Below are positions 9,316 to 19,202 of a stretch of 64,000 bases of DNA, piece after piece. Each line of letters begins with the position of its first letter. The first letter of the stretch is position 1. Position numbers and translations under genes: made by a program. This DNA is from Armatimonadota bacterium (GTDB lineage: Bacteria; Armatimonadota; Zipacnadia; Zipacnadales; UBA5352), in the NCBI GenBank assembly GCA_034722055.1, contig JAYENL010000242.1, positions 32,001-96,000 of the forward strand, given 5' to 3'. Below the pieces are notes generated by a model that did not search any database, was not told where the DNA came from, and was given only the letters and a program-made list of their open reading frames with translations.

Positions 9316-10251
9316 TCAGCTCACCGCCATCATGCGGGCCACAGCCTCGCGGGCGCGCTCGGCAATGTCCGGAGCGACGTCGATCTCGTACTGCATCTCC
9401 TCCAGCAAGGCCACCAACTTCTCCGCGGTGGTCTTCTTCATGTTGGGGCACACCGTGTGGGGCACCACATAGAAGGTCTTGTCCGGGTTCTCCTTGCGGA
9501 GCCGGTAGACCAGCCCCTCCTCGGTGCCCACGATGATCTCGTCGGCGTCGGACTCCCTGGCGAAGGTCACCATCCCGCCGGTGGATGCCACCTCGTCGGC
9601 GAGGTCCACCACCTCTCGCCGGGCCTCCGGATGCACGATGAACACCGCATCAGGGTGCTGCTGCTTCATGTACCGCACCGTTTCGGGGCTGATGCGCACG
9701 TGTGTGGGGCAGTAGCCGCCCCAGGCGATGACCTGCTTGCTGACGTTGCGGTCCGTCCAGTCAGCGAGGTGGGCGTCCGGGATGAACAGAACCGGGTCGG
9801 CGTCCAGCGATTCCACCACGCGGATGGAGTTGGATGACGTGCAGCAGATGTCCGACTCCGCCTTCACCTCCGCGGTGGTGTTGACGTAGGCCACCACCGG
9901 CGCGCCGTCGTGCTCGGCCTTGAACTTCCGCACCTGCTCGGGGGTGATCATATCCGCCATCGGACAGCCCGCACCTGGATCGGGCATCAGCACCGTCTTC
10001 TCCGGCGAGAGCAGCTTGGCAGTCTGGGCCATGAAATGCACGCCACAGAACACGATGACGTCGGCGTCGGTCTCGGCGGCCTCCTGGGAGAGCCCCAGGG
10101 AGTCGCCCAGGTAGTCGCCCAGATCCTGGACCTCCGGGATCTGGTAGTTGTGCACCAGGATAACCGCGTTGCGCATCTGCTTGAGCTCAGCAACGCGCTG
10201 CTCGATGTCCGTCACTGTCATGGAACCCACAGCCTCGTGGATGATGGTCAC
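9316..10251 (-). CDS. nadA: Quinolinate synthase A
   Basis: HNYQ, GDSLGLS, VFCGVHFMA, AGCPMAD, YVNTTAEVKA.SDICCTSSN, HPE, CPNMK. Confidence 0.96.
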   Translation of the reverse strand: MTIIHEAVGSMTVTDIEQRVAELKQMRNAVILVHNYQIPEVQDLGDYLGDSLGLSQEAAETDADVIVFCGVHFMAQTAKLLSPEKTVLMPDPGAGCPMADMITPEQVRKFKAEHDGAPVVAYVNTTAEVKAESDICCTSSNSIRVVESLDADPVLFIPDAHLADWTDRNVSKQVIAWGGYCPTHVRISPETVRYMKQQHPDAVFIVHPEARREVVDLADEVASTGGMVTFARESDADEIIVGTEEGLVYRLRKENPDKTFYVVPHTVCPNMKKTTAEKLVALLEEMQYEIDVAPDIAERAREAVARMMAVS

Positions 10252-11399
10252 GTGCGATGATACAGCGGTGACATGTCACGGAGCCGCTGGATGATCGGTG
10301 GCAGGACCTCCAGCACCGTCTCTATCTCCTCTTCGGTCGTGTACCGGCTCAGGCTCAGGCGCAGCGAGCCGTGGGCAATCTCGTGCGGATAGCCCATGGC
10401 CATGAGCACGTGCGAGGGGTCCAGCGAGCCAGATGTGCAGGCCGAGCCGCTGGAGGCCGCGATGTCGTGCATGTCCAGCGACAGCAGGATACCCTCGCCC
10501 TCGATGTAGCGGAACAGGAAGCTGGCGATGTTGGGCAGGCGCTGCTCGGGGTGCCCGGAGAGAATCGTGTCCGGCACGACATCCATGACCCCCTGGATCA
10601 GCCGGTCGCGCAGCTCTCGGATGCGATCCACCGCCTCCTGCCCGTGGCGCTCAAGCAGCTCCACGGCCTTCCCGAAGCCCACGATGCCGGCCACGTTCTC
10701 GGTGCCGGCCCGCAGGCGCCGCTCCTGCCCCCCACCGTGGATCAGCGGCTCGGGCCGGAAGCCCTTCCGGATGTACAAGGCCCCCACGCCCTTCGGCCCG
10801 TGCACCTTGTGCGCCGAGAACGCCGTCATGTCCACGCCCAGCTCATCGACCTGCAGAGGCAGCTTGCCCAGCGACTGCACGGCATCTGTGTGCATCCTCA
10901 CCTCATGCTCCCGCGCGATCTGGGCGATCTCCGAGATGGGTTCGATGGTGCCCACCTCGTTGTTGGAGTGCATGATGGAGATCAGCCGGGTGTCCGGACG
11001 GATGGCCTCGCGCACGTCGTCAGGGTCCACCAGACCGCTCTCGTCCACCGGCAGGACCGTCAGCTCGTAGCCCTGGTCCTCAAGCGCCTTGCAGGTGTGC
11101 AGGACGGCGTGATGCTCGATGGCGGAGGTGATCAGGTGACCGCCATCGTACTTGCGCATGGTGCCCTTGATGGCCAGGTTGTCGGCCTCGGAGCCGCCGC
11201 CGGTGAAGATGATCTCCTCGGGGCTGGCGCCGATGAAGTCCGCGAGCGTCCGCCGTGCATCCTCCACGGCCGCGGCGGCGCGCCCCGCCAGGGCGTAGAT
11301 GCTGCTGGGATTGCCGTACTCGTCCTGCAAGAACGGCGTCATCGCCTCGAAGACTTCCGGGGCGACGCGCGTGGTTGCAGCGTTGTCGAGGTAGACCAC
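10248..11399 (-). CDS. iscS: Cysteine desulfurase (IscS/NifS)
   Basis: YLDNAATT, YGNPSS, IEHHAVL, HTDAVQ, SAHKVHGPKGVG, RAGTENV, SSGSACTS; GTG start chosen from the GGAGG SD. Confidence 0.93.
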   Translation of the reverse strand: MVYLDNAATTRVAPEVFEAMTPFLQDEYGNPSSIYALAGRAAAAVEDARRTLADFIGASPEEIIFTGGGSEADNLAIKGTMRKYDGGHLITSAIEHHAVLHTCKALEDQGYELTVLPVDESGLVDPDDVREAIRPDTRLISIMHSNNEVGTIEPISEIAQIAREHEVRMHTDAVQSLGKLPLQVDELGVDMTAFSAHKVHGPKGVGALYIRKGFRPEPLIHGGGQERRLRAGTENVAGIVGFGKAVELLERHGQEAVDRIRELRDRLIQGVMDVVPDTILSGHPEQRLPNIASFLFRYIEGEGILLSLDMHDIAASSGSACTSGSLDPSHVLMAMGYPHEIAHGSLRLSLSRYTTEEEIETVLEVLPPIIQRLRDMSPLYHRT

Positions 11400-11465
11400 T
11401 CCGTACCCCTCCGCACCGGCGCGCCCCACACTGCGCCGGAAGCCTCAGCCCACATGTCGATGGGC

Positions 11466-11494
11466 ATATTACGCCCTCCCGGGAGGACCGTCAA
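11466..11494 (-). promoter_or_regulatory. Sigma70-type promoter of iscS-nadA with palindromic spacer
   Basis: TTGACG-17 nt-TAATAT; perfect palindrome CCTCCCGGGAGG at 11475-11486. Confidence 0.65.
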
Positions 11495-11531
11495 GGCTGG
11501 GCATGCGAGTAGGCTGCGGCCTCAGATTGCC

Positions 11532-11557
11532 GGTTGCGGGCGAGGGCGCCCGCAACC
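11532..11557. repeat. REP-like/terminator hairpin
   Basis: GGTTGCGGGCG-AGGG-CGCCCGCAACC, 11-bp perfect stem. Confidence 0.55.
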
Positions 11558-11716
11558 CAGGTGCTAAGTAGTGGGGCGCGGGCGCCCCCGCCGACGCCAC
11601 CGAGGCCCGGAACTCGCATCCTGCCAGTATGGAATCTGCGGGCGGCGGCCGGCTTTAGCCCCGCGCCAGCGCCCTGGAAGCCTGCGTCACGCCAGGAGGG
11701 TCTGGCGCTCGGAGCG

Positions 11717-12982
11717 CTACTCGGCGGCAATTCCCGAGGGTCTGTCGGCCAGCTCCGCGGCGCCGCTCGGGCGCACGTAGACCGCGAGGAGGATGGCGCT
11801 GACGAGCTGCGCCGCGCCCATGAACACGAAGGGCCAGCGCATGCCCGTCCACGACGCCATCACGCCGCCCGCCAGCGGCCCAAGGGCGAAGCCCAGGCAC
11901 ATCGCCGCTGTGGTGACGCCGAAGGCCCGCCCGTACATGTCGGCCGAGACGCTGGCGCTGATCATAGCGTTCATGGCCGGTCGGCCACCGCCCGCCACCA
12001 GGCCCCAGCCGATGCGCAGCCCGAAGAGCTGCGAGAGCGCCTGGACGATAGCGTGGGGGGCGCTGAAGAGCGCCGAGAGACCCGTGGAGGCGATCAGCAC
12101 ACGGCGGTGACCAATGCGGTCGCTGATCCGGCCCACCAGCAGGCAGCTCAGCCCCGCCGCCAGCCCGCCCAGCCCCATGAGCTGGCCGGTCACCGTCGCG
12201 GCCCTGGCGGTGTCGGCGATGCGCTCCACGAACAGCGGGAAGATCGGCCCCACAAACGTGACCGCGAAGGCGGTCAGGAAGAAGACCAGCAGCAGGGCTC
12301 CCAGGCCCTTGCCGCCGAAGACCTGCCGGAGGCCGTGGTTCCCGCTGGCGCACTGCTCAGGGGGCACGAAGCTCTCCCGGGCCCCAACCACCACCACGAA
12401 CCCCGCCAGCGCCCACATGGCGCCGCAGACGAAGAACGGGATTCGGTAGCCATAGGCGTCAGCGACCGCCCCGCCGATCCATGGCCCCAGGGCGTTCCCG
12501 AGGATAAGCGCGGTCTGCATCACGCCCATCGTGAAGCCCAGTCGGTCCCGAGGCGTCACACTCGCCACGAGGGTGTTGCATGCCGCGCCAGTGCCGGTCA
12601 GGGCGCCCTGGATGAATCGGAGGACCACAAGCTGGGGCACGGTCTGCGCGAAGCCCATCAGCGCGATCATCACCGCGCCGCCGAACATCGCCCGCTCCAG
12701 CATCAGCTTGCGGCCGTAGCGGTCCGCCAGGCTCCCCCAGATGGGCGAGAAGATGGTGAGGCTCAGCCCTGCCGCGGTCATGGCCGCGCCGGCCCACACG
12801 GCCACCAGGCGGTCGTCGGTCACCCCCAGCTCCCGCACGAAGAACGGCAGGAAGGGCATCACGAACGAGAAGCCCACGGCGCTCAGCAGGTGGGCGAACC
12901 AGACAGCATAGACCGTCCGCTGCCAGTGGGGGTCAGGGGGTTCGTCGGACTCTCCGCTCTGGGGTGACGGCTCAGTGGTCAT
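11717..12982 (-). CDS. MFS transporter (MdtG/DHA1-like)
   Basis: PFLPFFVRELGV, motif A WGSLADRYGRK, repeated GRISDRIGHRR; about 12 hydrophobic segments. Confidence 0.92.
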   Translation of the reverse strand: MTTEPSPQSGESDEPPDPHWQRTVYAVWFAHLLSAVGFSFVMPFLPFFVRELGVTDDRLVAVWAGAAMTAAGLSLTIFSPIWGSLADRYGRKLMLERAMFGGAVMIALMGFAQTVPQLVVLRFIQGALTGTGAACNTLVASVTPRDRLGFTMGVMQTALILGNALGPWIGGAVADAYGYRIPFFVCGAMWALAGFVVVVGARESFVPPEQCASGNHGLRQVFGGKGLGALLLVFFLTAFAVTFVGPIFPLFVERIADTARAATVTGQLMGLGGLAAGLSCLLVGRISDRIGHRRVLIASTGLSALFSAPHAIVQALSQLFGLRIGWGLVAGGGRPAMNAMISASVSADMYGRAFGVTTAAMCLGFALGPLAGGVMASWTGMRWPFVFMGAAQLVSAILLAVYVRPSGAAELADRPSGIAAE

Positions 12983-13193
12983 GCCTACCGTTCGCTATAC
13001 CGACACGGGAACTCCCGCGATCATCTCCACAATCGCGCGCATGATACACCTGCACCGCGAGCAGCGCAAGAGCTGTGCCAGAATGCCCAGGCGCCAGCAC
13101 CTGCCGGTGCAAGCGGCAGGCACGAGGAATCCGCGGCAACCGGGTGAACTATGGTCCGCCGAGTCGATCACCCGGGGACGCATCGGAGGCCCC

Positions 13194-14390
13194 ATGACAG
13201 CCGACATCGAGGTCCGCGAGTACCGCGACGGGGACATCGAGAGCTTCCACGTCCTGCACGATGCGGTCTTCCCGCCGGTGCCGCTGGAGGAGATGCGGCG
13301 GTGGATGAGCCGCGAGGACGTCACTGCCGGGGTGGCGATCCGCGCGGGCGAGGTGGTGGGCGAGATCCCGCTGCACGTCCGGGAGTTCGCGATCCGGCCG
13401 GGCGTGGTCGCCCGCTTCGCGTTCGAGCACTCCGTCTGCGTGCACGAGGACATGCGAGGGCAGGGCATCGGCAGCGCCATCCAGGACGAGATCAAGCGCT
13501 TCATGCCCGGGCGCGCGGAGGTGCTGAGCGTCTACCGCGGTGGCGAGCGTACCCCCGCCTACAACCACTACGACAAGAACGGGCTCAAGGACCTCTGCTA
13601 CATCCGCAACTGGTCGCTGGAGGACCCATCCGCCGTCGCCGAGCCGGTGGGAGAGGCGCAGGCCCTTGAGGCGGTGCTCGAGCGGGCGGAGGCGCTGATA
13701 GCGGTCTTCGAGAGCTCCTTCGGACACGCCGGAGGCTACCAGGTGCGGCGACCCGGCTTCTACGCCGGGGCTATGACGCAGCTCGAGGCCGTGGAGCTGG
13801 GCACCGACTACCGCGTGCTGCTGGTCGGCGACGAGGAGCGACCGGAAGGGCACTGCATCCTCGGCGTACCACCAGGTGAGGGCGCAGTCGCGATCATGGA
13901 GTTGGCAACGCGCACCGGCGACCCGGTCGTGGCCCGGCGACTGCTCCGCGGCGCCTGCCAGGTCGCTGCCGCTGAGGACAGGCCGGTGCGGGCTGAGCTG
14001 CATGACCGTGGGCTCTACCGCCCGGTCTTCGAGGCCCTGGGCTTCGAGCCAGGGGCGCGCGGGGACATGATCATGGCCACGCCGCTGGACTGGACGGGGC
14101 TGGCGGAGATCGTGTGGGCGCCGCAGCCGGAGCTGCAGGGCGTGCGCGTCGAGCTCTGGACGCCGCAGGAGGAGGCCGTGATGCATGACCCGCCCTCCGC
14201 CTCCCGCACGCTGACCGTGGAGATGAAGCACCACCAGGCGGCGCGCTGGCTGCTCTCGCGGCTCGACCTGCGGGCGGGGGTGGAGGGCGAGACGGTGACG
14301 CTCCTCGGCGCCCGGCCGGGCGACGCGGGGGCCCTGGCCCGCGCGATTCCGTTCACCGCCTGGGAGTACCAGGCCATCGATCACATCTGA
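13194..14390 (+). CDS. GNAT family N-acetyltransferase (tandem GNAT, Eis-like)
   Basis: VCVHEDMRGQGIGS acetyl-CoA motif; second degenerate GNAT; GGAGG SD before ATG 13194. Confidence 0.75.
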   Translation: MTADIEVREYRDGDIESFHVLHDAVFPPVPLEEMRRWMSREDVTAGVAIRAGEVVGEIPLHVREFAIRPGVVARFAFEHSVCVHEDMRGQGIGSAIQDEIKRFMPGRAEVLSVYRGGERTPAYNHYDKNGLKDLCYIRNWSLEDPSAVAEPVGEAQALEAVLERAEALIAVFESSFGHAGGYQVRRPGFYAGAMTQLEAVELGTDYRVLLVGDEERPEGHCILGVPPGEGAVAIMELATRTGDPVVARRLLRGACQVAAAEDRPVRAELHDRGLYRPVFEALGFEPGARGDMIMATPLDWTGLAEIVWAPQPELQGVRVELWTPQEEAVMHDPPSASRTLTVEMKHHQAARWLLSRLDLRAGVEGETVTLLGARPGDAGALARAIPFTAWEYQAIDHI

Positions 14391-14433
14391 ACCGCGGCGG
14401 CAGCGAGCGCCCGAATGGAGGCGGCACCAAGCC

Positions 14434-14814
14434 ATGCGCATTGCCGAGGTCATGCCGACGCCCAAAGAGATGGACCTGTCTGAGGAGGCCGTGGCAGTCG
14501 TCGATCACACCTGGCATGTCGCAGATGAGTCCGGGCTGCTGGACGTGGGCGCGAAGTACGCCGAGGCATTCTGCATCGGCGTCAACGACGAGCCCCACCG
14601 TCTCCTGCTGCAGCGCGACGGGACGCTCCGCGAGGAGGAGTACCTGCTGGAGATCGAGCCGGGCGAGATTCGCGTGACCGCCGCGCACCGGGGCGGCTTC
14701 CTGCACGCCCTGGCGACGCTGGATCACCTGCGCGACGGGCCGATGCTTGCTGTCGATACCGTCAACGACTGCCGGCCAGCTAACGCCAGACTATCGAGGC
14801 ACACCCGTCGATGA
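14434..14814 (+). pseudogene. Truncated beta-hexosaminidase-type N-terminal domain (GH20 domain 2)
   Basis: MPTPKEM...EEEYLLEIEPGEIRVTA....GFLHALATL..L; ends just where the D.P..RG linker to the catalytic barrel should begin. Confidence 0.65.
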
Positions 14815-14926
14815 AGTCAGGACCGTCACGCATCGGGCCTGCAGAAGGTGATTCGTGCGGGACAGGGAATGCAATCCAATAATGGCCCGCCAGGCATACC
14901 AATGCTCAGCGATGGAAGGTGTCAGA

Positions 14927-15667
14927 ATGCATCGGTTCTACCGGTTGGTCCAGTTGTCTGGCATGCTGATGATCGTCGGTCTCATACTGACCGGATGTGG
15001 CGCTACAAGCACAGGGAACGGCAAAGTCAGTACGCTCCGCGTCGTTCCTGGACAGACGGTCAGAGCACAGGAGTTGGAGGATGGGAGTTTCGTTGTCACC
15101 TCACAGCCACTTCTCGCCACCGGAGGCTCACCGCTATCCGGCTACACCTGGACCCTGGCGAGCGGCTCAGCGTTTCCGCCTGGAACAACGGTCACGGCGC
15201 CCACAGGCGTCTTCCACGGCAGCGGCAAGGGGCTGATTGCGGGCAAGACCTACTCCTTCAATATGCAGGTCAGCGACGGCACACACACGGCGACCGGGAC
15301 GATCAACCTGGAAGTCGAGCCGGCTCCGACTGATGGCATCGTGCCGTTCACGGTTTTCCAGCAGCCAATGGGAATACCTGTGATCAGGCTGCCCAATGCC
15401 CAGGCCAACAGACCCTACGGCGCGTCCCTGCAGGTCTACAGTGGTGTGCCGCCCTACAGTTGGTTCGAGGACACGTCCTACGCCGGGCGTACAGCCTTCG
15501 AGCTCTCGGGCCTGACGATCGACATGGCCCGCGGCGTGGTCCGGGGAACGGTGATGAACAGCGCTGCCGGTAAGACCCTGCGCTTCCGTATCGTCGTCAA
15601 AGACAGCACTGGAGAGACGGCAGCTACGGAGCCTGGTCGCCCGGTTTACGAGATCGTGGTAGAGTAG
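14927..15667 (+). CDS. Lipoprotein with two putative Ig-like domains
   Basis: Lipobox LTGC; repeats ATGGSP..GYTW and VYSGVPPYSW, each followed by GV..G and F...V.D. Confidence 0.75.
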   Translation: MHRFYRLVQLSGMLMIVGLILTGCGATSTGNGKVSTLRVVPGQTVRAQELEDGSFVVTSQPLLATGGSPLSGYTWTLASGSAFPPGTTVTAPTGVFHGSGKGLIAGKTYSFNMQVSDGTHTATGTINLEVEPAPTDGIVPFTVFQQPMGIPVIRLPNAQANRPYGASLQVYSGVPPYSWFEDTSYAGRTAFELSGLTIDMARGVVRGTVMNSAAGKTLRFRIVVKDSTGETAATEPGRPVYEIVVE

Positions 15668-15783
15668 CATCTCCGACAGACCTTCGCGCTCCCCTCGGAA
15701 TGACCGGCGAGGGCTCGCCGCTGTGATACTGTGCTCGCAGCCTCTCACCAGGGCGACTCTCGCCGGTGCCGCGATCTCTTGAG

Positions 15784-16004
15784 ATGAAGATGCACGTGCC
15801 CTACGGCACCGGCGGCGGTGCGCGACGTGAAGGCCGCGGTCCGCGGAAGCCATGCACGGCCGCGGCCTGCGGGCGGAGCTTATCTGTATAGCAGACGCTC
15901 GCCATGGTTTCTTCAACATCGACCCGCACTACGAGAGGGTCTATCAGCACATCGAGGCCTTCATCATGGACGTGCTGCAGCCGGAGGGTGCGCCTTGCCA
16001 ATGA
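15784..16004 (+). pseudogene. Remnant of an alpha/beta-hydrolase (esterase) gene
   Basis: MKMHVPYGTGGG (from 15784), then in another frame MHGRGLRAELICIADARHGFFNIDPHYERVYQHIEAFI (15852-16004), resembling the N- and C-termini of BD-FAE-like esterases. Confidence 0.5.
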
Positions 16005-16066
16005 ACACTCACAGGCGCTGCTGAGAGGGCCTCACCGGAGTGCCCCCTGCCTTGATAGCAGCACCG

Positions 16067-18223
16067 CTACTCTGCCTCGGCAATGGCCGCGCGAGCGGCG
16101 CAGACCCAGGAGCTGCCCAGCCGGCGGTCGCCGTCGTGAGCCGTGACCCGGTAGAAGTAGACGCCGCCGGGAGTCACGTTGTCATCATCGTAATGATCGC
16201 CGGCCTCCACGGTGGCGATCAGGTGGCCCTCCTCCGTCCGAGGATCGGCCTCCGGCGAGCGATAGACGCGGTAGCTCAGGCCCGCGGCGGCTTCGCCGCG
16301 GTACTCGTCCCACTGCAGGCGAATTCCGGGATCGCCCGAGCCAGGAACGCCGCCGGTGGCGTGCAGGCCGGTCGGGAAGGGCACGTCGAAGACCGACGCC
16401 CGCAACAGCGCGTGGCCGCGGTAGTAGCTGCACAGGATCGCGCCCGGCTGCGTCTCAATCATGCAGGGATAGGCCCCGCCCGAGATCCACACCGGTTCAC
16501 CCCAGCTCTCGCCACCGTCGTGGCTGAAGGCCAGGTAGACGCCGCCCCGGTTGGCGTGCTTCCCCCACCTGTCATGATAGGCCAGCACCAGCGTGCCCGC
16601 CGGCGGGCCCTGCGTCGTATAGCACAGCGCCGGACACAGGCCCGTCAGCGCGCTCCGCTCGACCGTCCACGTCTCGCCCCCGTCATCGGACACGCCACGA
16701 TACAGCGGGAATCCCGAGTACTGCGTGCGCGACATTGAGACCAGGCGACCGTCCGGCAGCTCCGCGATGTCAGTCTCGTTCAGGCGGGCCGGCCCGCCGT
16801 CCGGGTCCGCCTCAGCCCCGATGAGCGTGTAACCGCCCCAGGTCTGGCCCTGATCGTGGGAGGTCAGGAAGCCGGCCTGGTGGCGGAAACTGCCCCGCTC
16901 CACCGCCCCGTAGCAGTTGAGCAGCAGCCTGCCGTCCGAGAGCTCAACGATGCCGCCGAAGGATGCGGCCGCGTGGAAGGGCGTCTCGACCTCCGGTATG
17001 TCCCAGGTCTCGAGTCCGTCGTCGCTGACCGCCAGGTGGAGCCTGCCCCAGTTCTCCTCCTTCGCCCGCTCCTCGTAGTCGGCATTGAGAATGTAGAACG
17101 GGTGCATGAAGACACCCTCGTCGCTGATGTAGCCGGTGCCGCAGCAGTTCTCCTGCCTGGTCTGGGAGTTCTCGTAGATCAGTTCCGGCTCGGGGCGCCA
17201 GGAGTGTCCCCCGTTGGTGGATCTCGTCCATACGATGGTCTCGTCGCGGACCGTCCAGGGGCTGCCCTCTTCGTCCACCGACCCCACCTTGTAGACGCAG
17301 ACGATCTCGTCACCGCCGAGCCGGGTGAGGCCGCCGTACATGGCGTACCGCCCCTCGGGCGCCTGGCGGACCACCGAGTGCCTCATGTCCTGCTCCAGGT
17401 ACGGCCGGGGCACGTTCTCCTCGATGGCCACCGATGACACCGCCAGCTCCCCCCGGACGTAGTCCGTAACGAGATCGCCCAGCGCGAAGTAGTCCGCCGT
17501 GGCACGGCCGCGGACCTCCGAGACCGGCGCCGCGGCCTCGACGAGCGCTGAGCCCTCGGCGTCGCGCACCCGGGCCAGGAACTCAGTTCGCGTCTTCTCG
17601 ATCTCGACCGTATAGGGGCGATCCTGCTCATACGCCGCGCCGGTCGGCCGCCAGGCGTCGGCCACCCACTCATCGCCCGTCCAGCAGTGGTATCCGCCGT
17701 GCGGATTGAAGCGAATGACGTAGATGCGTTGCGCGTCGTCGTAGTTCTGGAAGACCACGCAGAACTTGCCCTGCGCGTTGACTGCTTCGTTGTCGCCGCC
17801 CCACCGGGCATCAGCCTCGAAGATGCCGAACCGGCAGCCGGTGTCCTCAGTGTTCACGGCGGCAACCCGAACCCTCACCAGGTAGGCCATGGGCAGGTGC
17901 CCTGCCGTCATGGCGAAGGCCAGGTCGGAGGGCTCGGGGGAGGAGAAATGCATGCCGCGCCGCGGGGAAAGCCGCACCTCACCATGGCCGCGGGCAACGC
18001 CGAAGAGGGTCCGAAAGTCCGGCCGGGTCTGGGCCGCGGCCAGGTGGCAGGCCAGCACGATCAGTAGAAGCGCACAGACAAGAAGGGGGTGACGGCGGCG
18101 CGCGGTACAGGCGTGCGTGGCGAGGTCATTGGTCCGGGAGTACGACGGCAGGAAGCGGCTGATCTCTGAGGACCAGATGGGGCGACACCTCGCTCCGGGC
18201 AGATGAGGAGGGCGTCGGTGCAT
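16067..18223 (-). CDS. Secreted BNR/Asp-box beta-propeller (sialidase-like) protein with N-terminal lectin-like and C-terminal FN3-like domain; start uncertain
   Basis: Five Asp boxes (STNGGHSW, SDDGLETW, SHDQGQTW, SDDGGETW, SHDGGESW); YRVYRS...YFYRVTA; signal-like LLVCALLLIVLACHLAAAQ. Confidence 0.8.
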   Translation of the reverse strand: MHRRPPHLPGARCRPIWSSEISRFLPSYSRTNDLATHACTARRRHPLLVCALLLIVLACHLAAAQTRPDFRTLFGVARGHGEVRLSPRRGMHFSSPEPSDLAFAMTAGHLPMAYLVRVRVAAVNTEDTGCRFGIFEADARWGGDNEAVNAQGKFCVVFQNYDDAQRIYVIRFNPHGGYHCWTGDEWVADAWRPTGAAYEQDRPYTVEIEKTRTEFLARVRDAEGSALVEAAAPVSEVRGRATADYFALGDLVTDYVRGELAVSSVAIEENVPRPYLEQDMRHSVVRQAPEGRYAMYGGLTRLGGDEIVCVYKVGSVDEEGSPWTVRDETIVWTRSTNGGHSWRPEPELIYENSQTRQENCCGTGYISDEGVFMHPFYILNADYEERAKEENWGRLHLAVSDDGLETWDIPEVETPFHAAASFGGIVELSDGRLLLNCYGAVERGSFRHQAGFLTSHDQGQTWGGYTLIGAEADPDGGPARLNETDIAELPDGRLVSMSRTQYSGFPLYRGVSDDGGETWTVERSALTGLCPALCYTTQGPPAGTLVLAYHDRWGKHANRGGVYLAFSHDGGESWGEPVWISGGAYPCMIETQPGAILCSYYRGHALLRASVFDVPFPTGLHATGGVPGSGDPGIRLQWDEYRGEAAAGLSYRVYRSPEADPRTEEGHLIATVEAGDHYDDDNVTPGGVYFYRVTAHDGDRRLGSSWVCAARAAIAEAE

Positions 18224-18263
18224 CCGGGAGCCTGGGGCGTACGGCGTCGGCCAGCGGCCTGGC

Positions 18264-18764
18264 TCAGCCCGCCTGCCGCCGCGCTTTCTCCAGGGGCCAG
18301 CCGCAGGCGCTGCAGAAAACGCTGCGCGGCGTCTCCTCCCCGCAGTGCGGACAGGTGACGCGATCACGGGAGGCGCCGGCGCTCTCCGCCTCATCCTCGT
18401 CCTCTTCTCCCATGTCCGGCGCACACTTCTCGCACATCAGCATGGCGGCGTTCCAGCACAGGTCGCACACCCACTCGCCACAGCGGGGGCACTGGTGGAA
18501 GTGCTCCTTGACCTCAGCAATGGCCGCCTGCAGAGCCGCCTCGTGCTCGGGATCGCCCTCGGTAGCCCGCACCTCCCCCCGCTCCTCAGTGCCCTCCACG
18601 AGCATCTCACCCATGCCCTCCAGGAGTCCATTCTCGTCCTGAGGACTGCGCGGCTGGAACTCGCTGAGGTAGTCGGCGTCACATCGCTCGCAGTAGAAGC
18701 GGAACTGGTAGCCGAGGTCCGTGCTGAGGTCCTCGTAGTTCTCGGTGAAGTCGATCGGCGACAT
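18264..18764 (-). CDS. Zinc-ribbon domain protein
   Basis: FTENYEDLSTDLGYQFRFYCERC, QCPRCGEWVCDLCWN, CEKC, CPHC...FCSACG. Confidence 0.8.
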   Translation of the reverse strand: MSPIDFTENYEDLSTDLGYQFRFYCERCDADYLSEFQPRSPQDENGLLEGMGEMLVEGTEERGEVRATEGDPEHEAALQAAIAEVKEHFHQCPRCGEWVCDLCWNAAMLMCEKCAPDMGEEDEDEAESAGASRDRVTCPHCGEETPRSVFCSACGWPLEKARRQAG

Positions 18765-19202
18765 CCGCGTCTCACCTGCTCCGCGCGAGGTCTCGGTCCG
18801 TGCTGCGATCTCACAGGCCATGCTACCCGCGCTGCTGTTTTCTCCACACGTTTGCGCGTCCGTGCCGGCGGTTGCAGGTCTGGCGCAAAGCATACCCCAC
18901 CAGGTCCATTCACGCAAGCCGCGTGCCAGAAAAACCCTCGCTGATCAGCCTCATTCCAATAGACGTGCGCTGCAGGCTGGAGGTTTTCCATGCGCGCGCG
19001 GCCATACAGACCGGTCCGCACAGACCTCAGCGAGGCCAGGGCACGTCAGGAAAGCTTCTCCCCGCACTCGGAGCAGAACCGCGAGCCCGAAGCTGCCGTC
19101 CATCGTTGTCCAGCATATCCTGTCCATCCGGTTGCCCGTCGTCGCGGTCTGAACCACTCACGGCCGACAGCCTTCCCGGGAGGATGCCGGCGCTGCCGAC
19201 TG

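Noticed and set aside
18765..19202. Long intergenic region, possible riboswitch or SigB-type promoter
   Set aside because: No aptamer consensus recognised; only a near match (ACG-N18-GAA) to the recurrent motif and a weak GGGTAG
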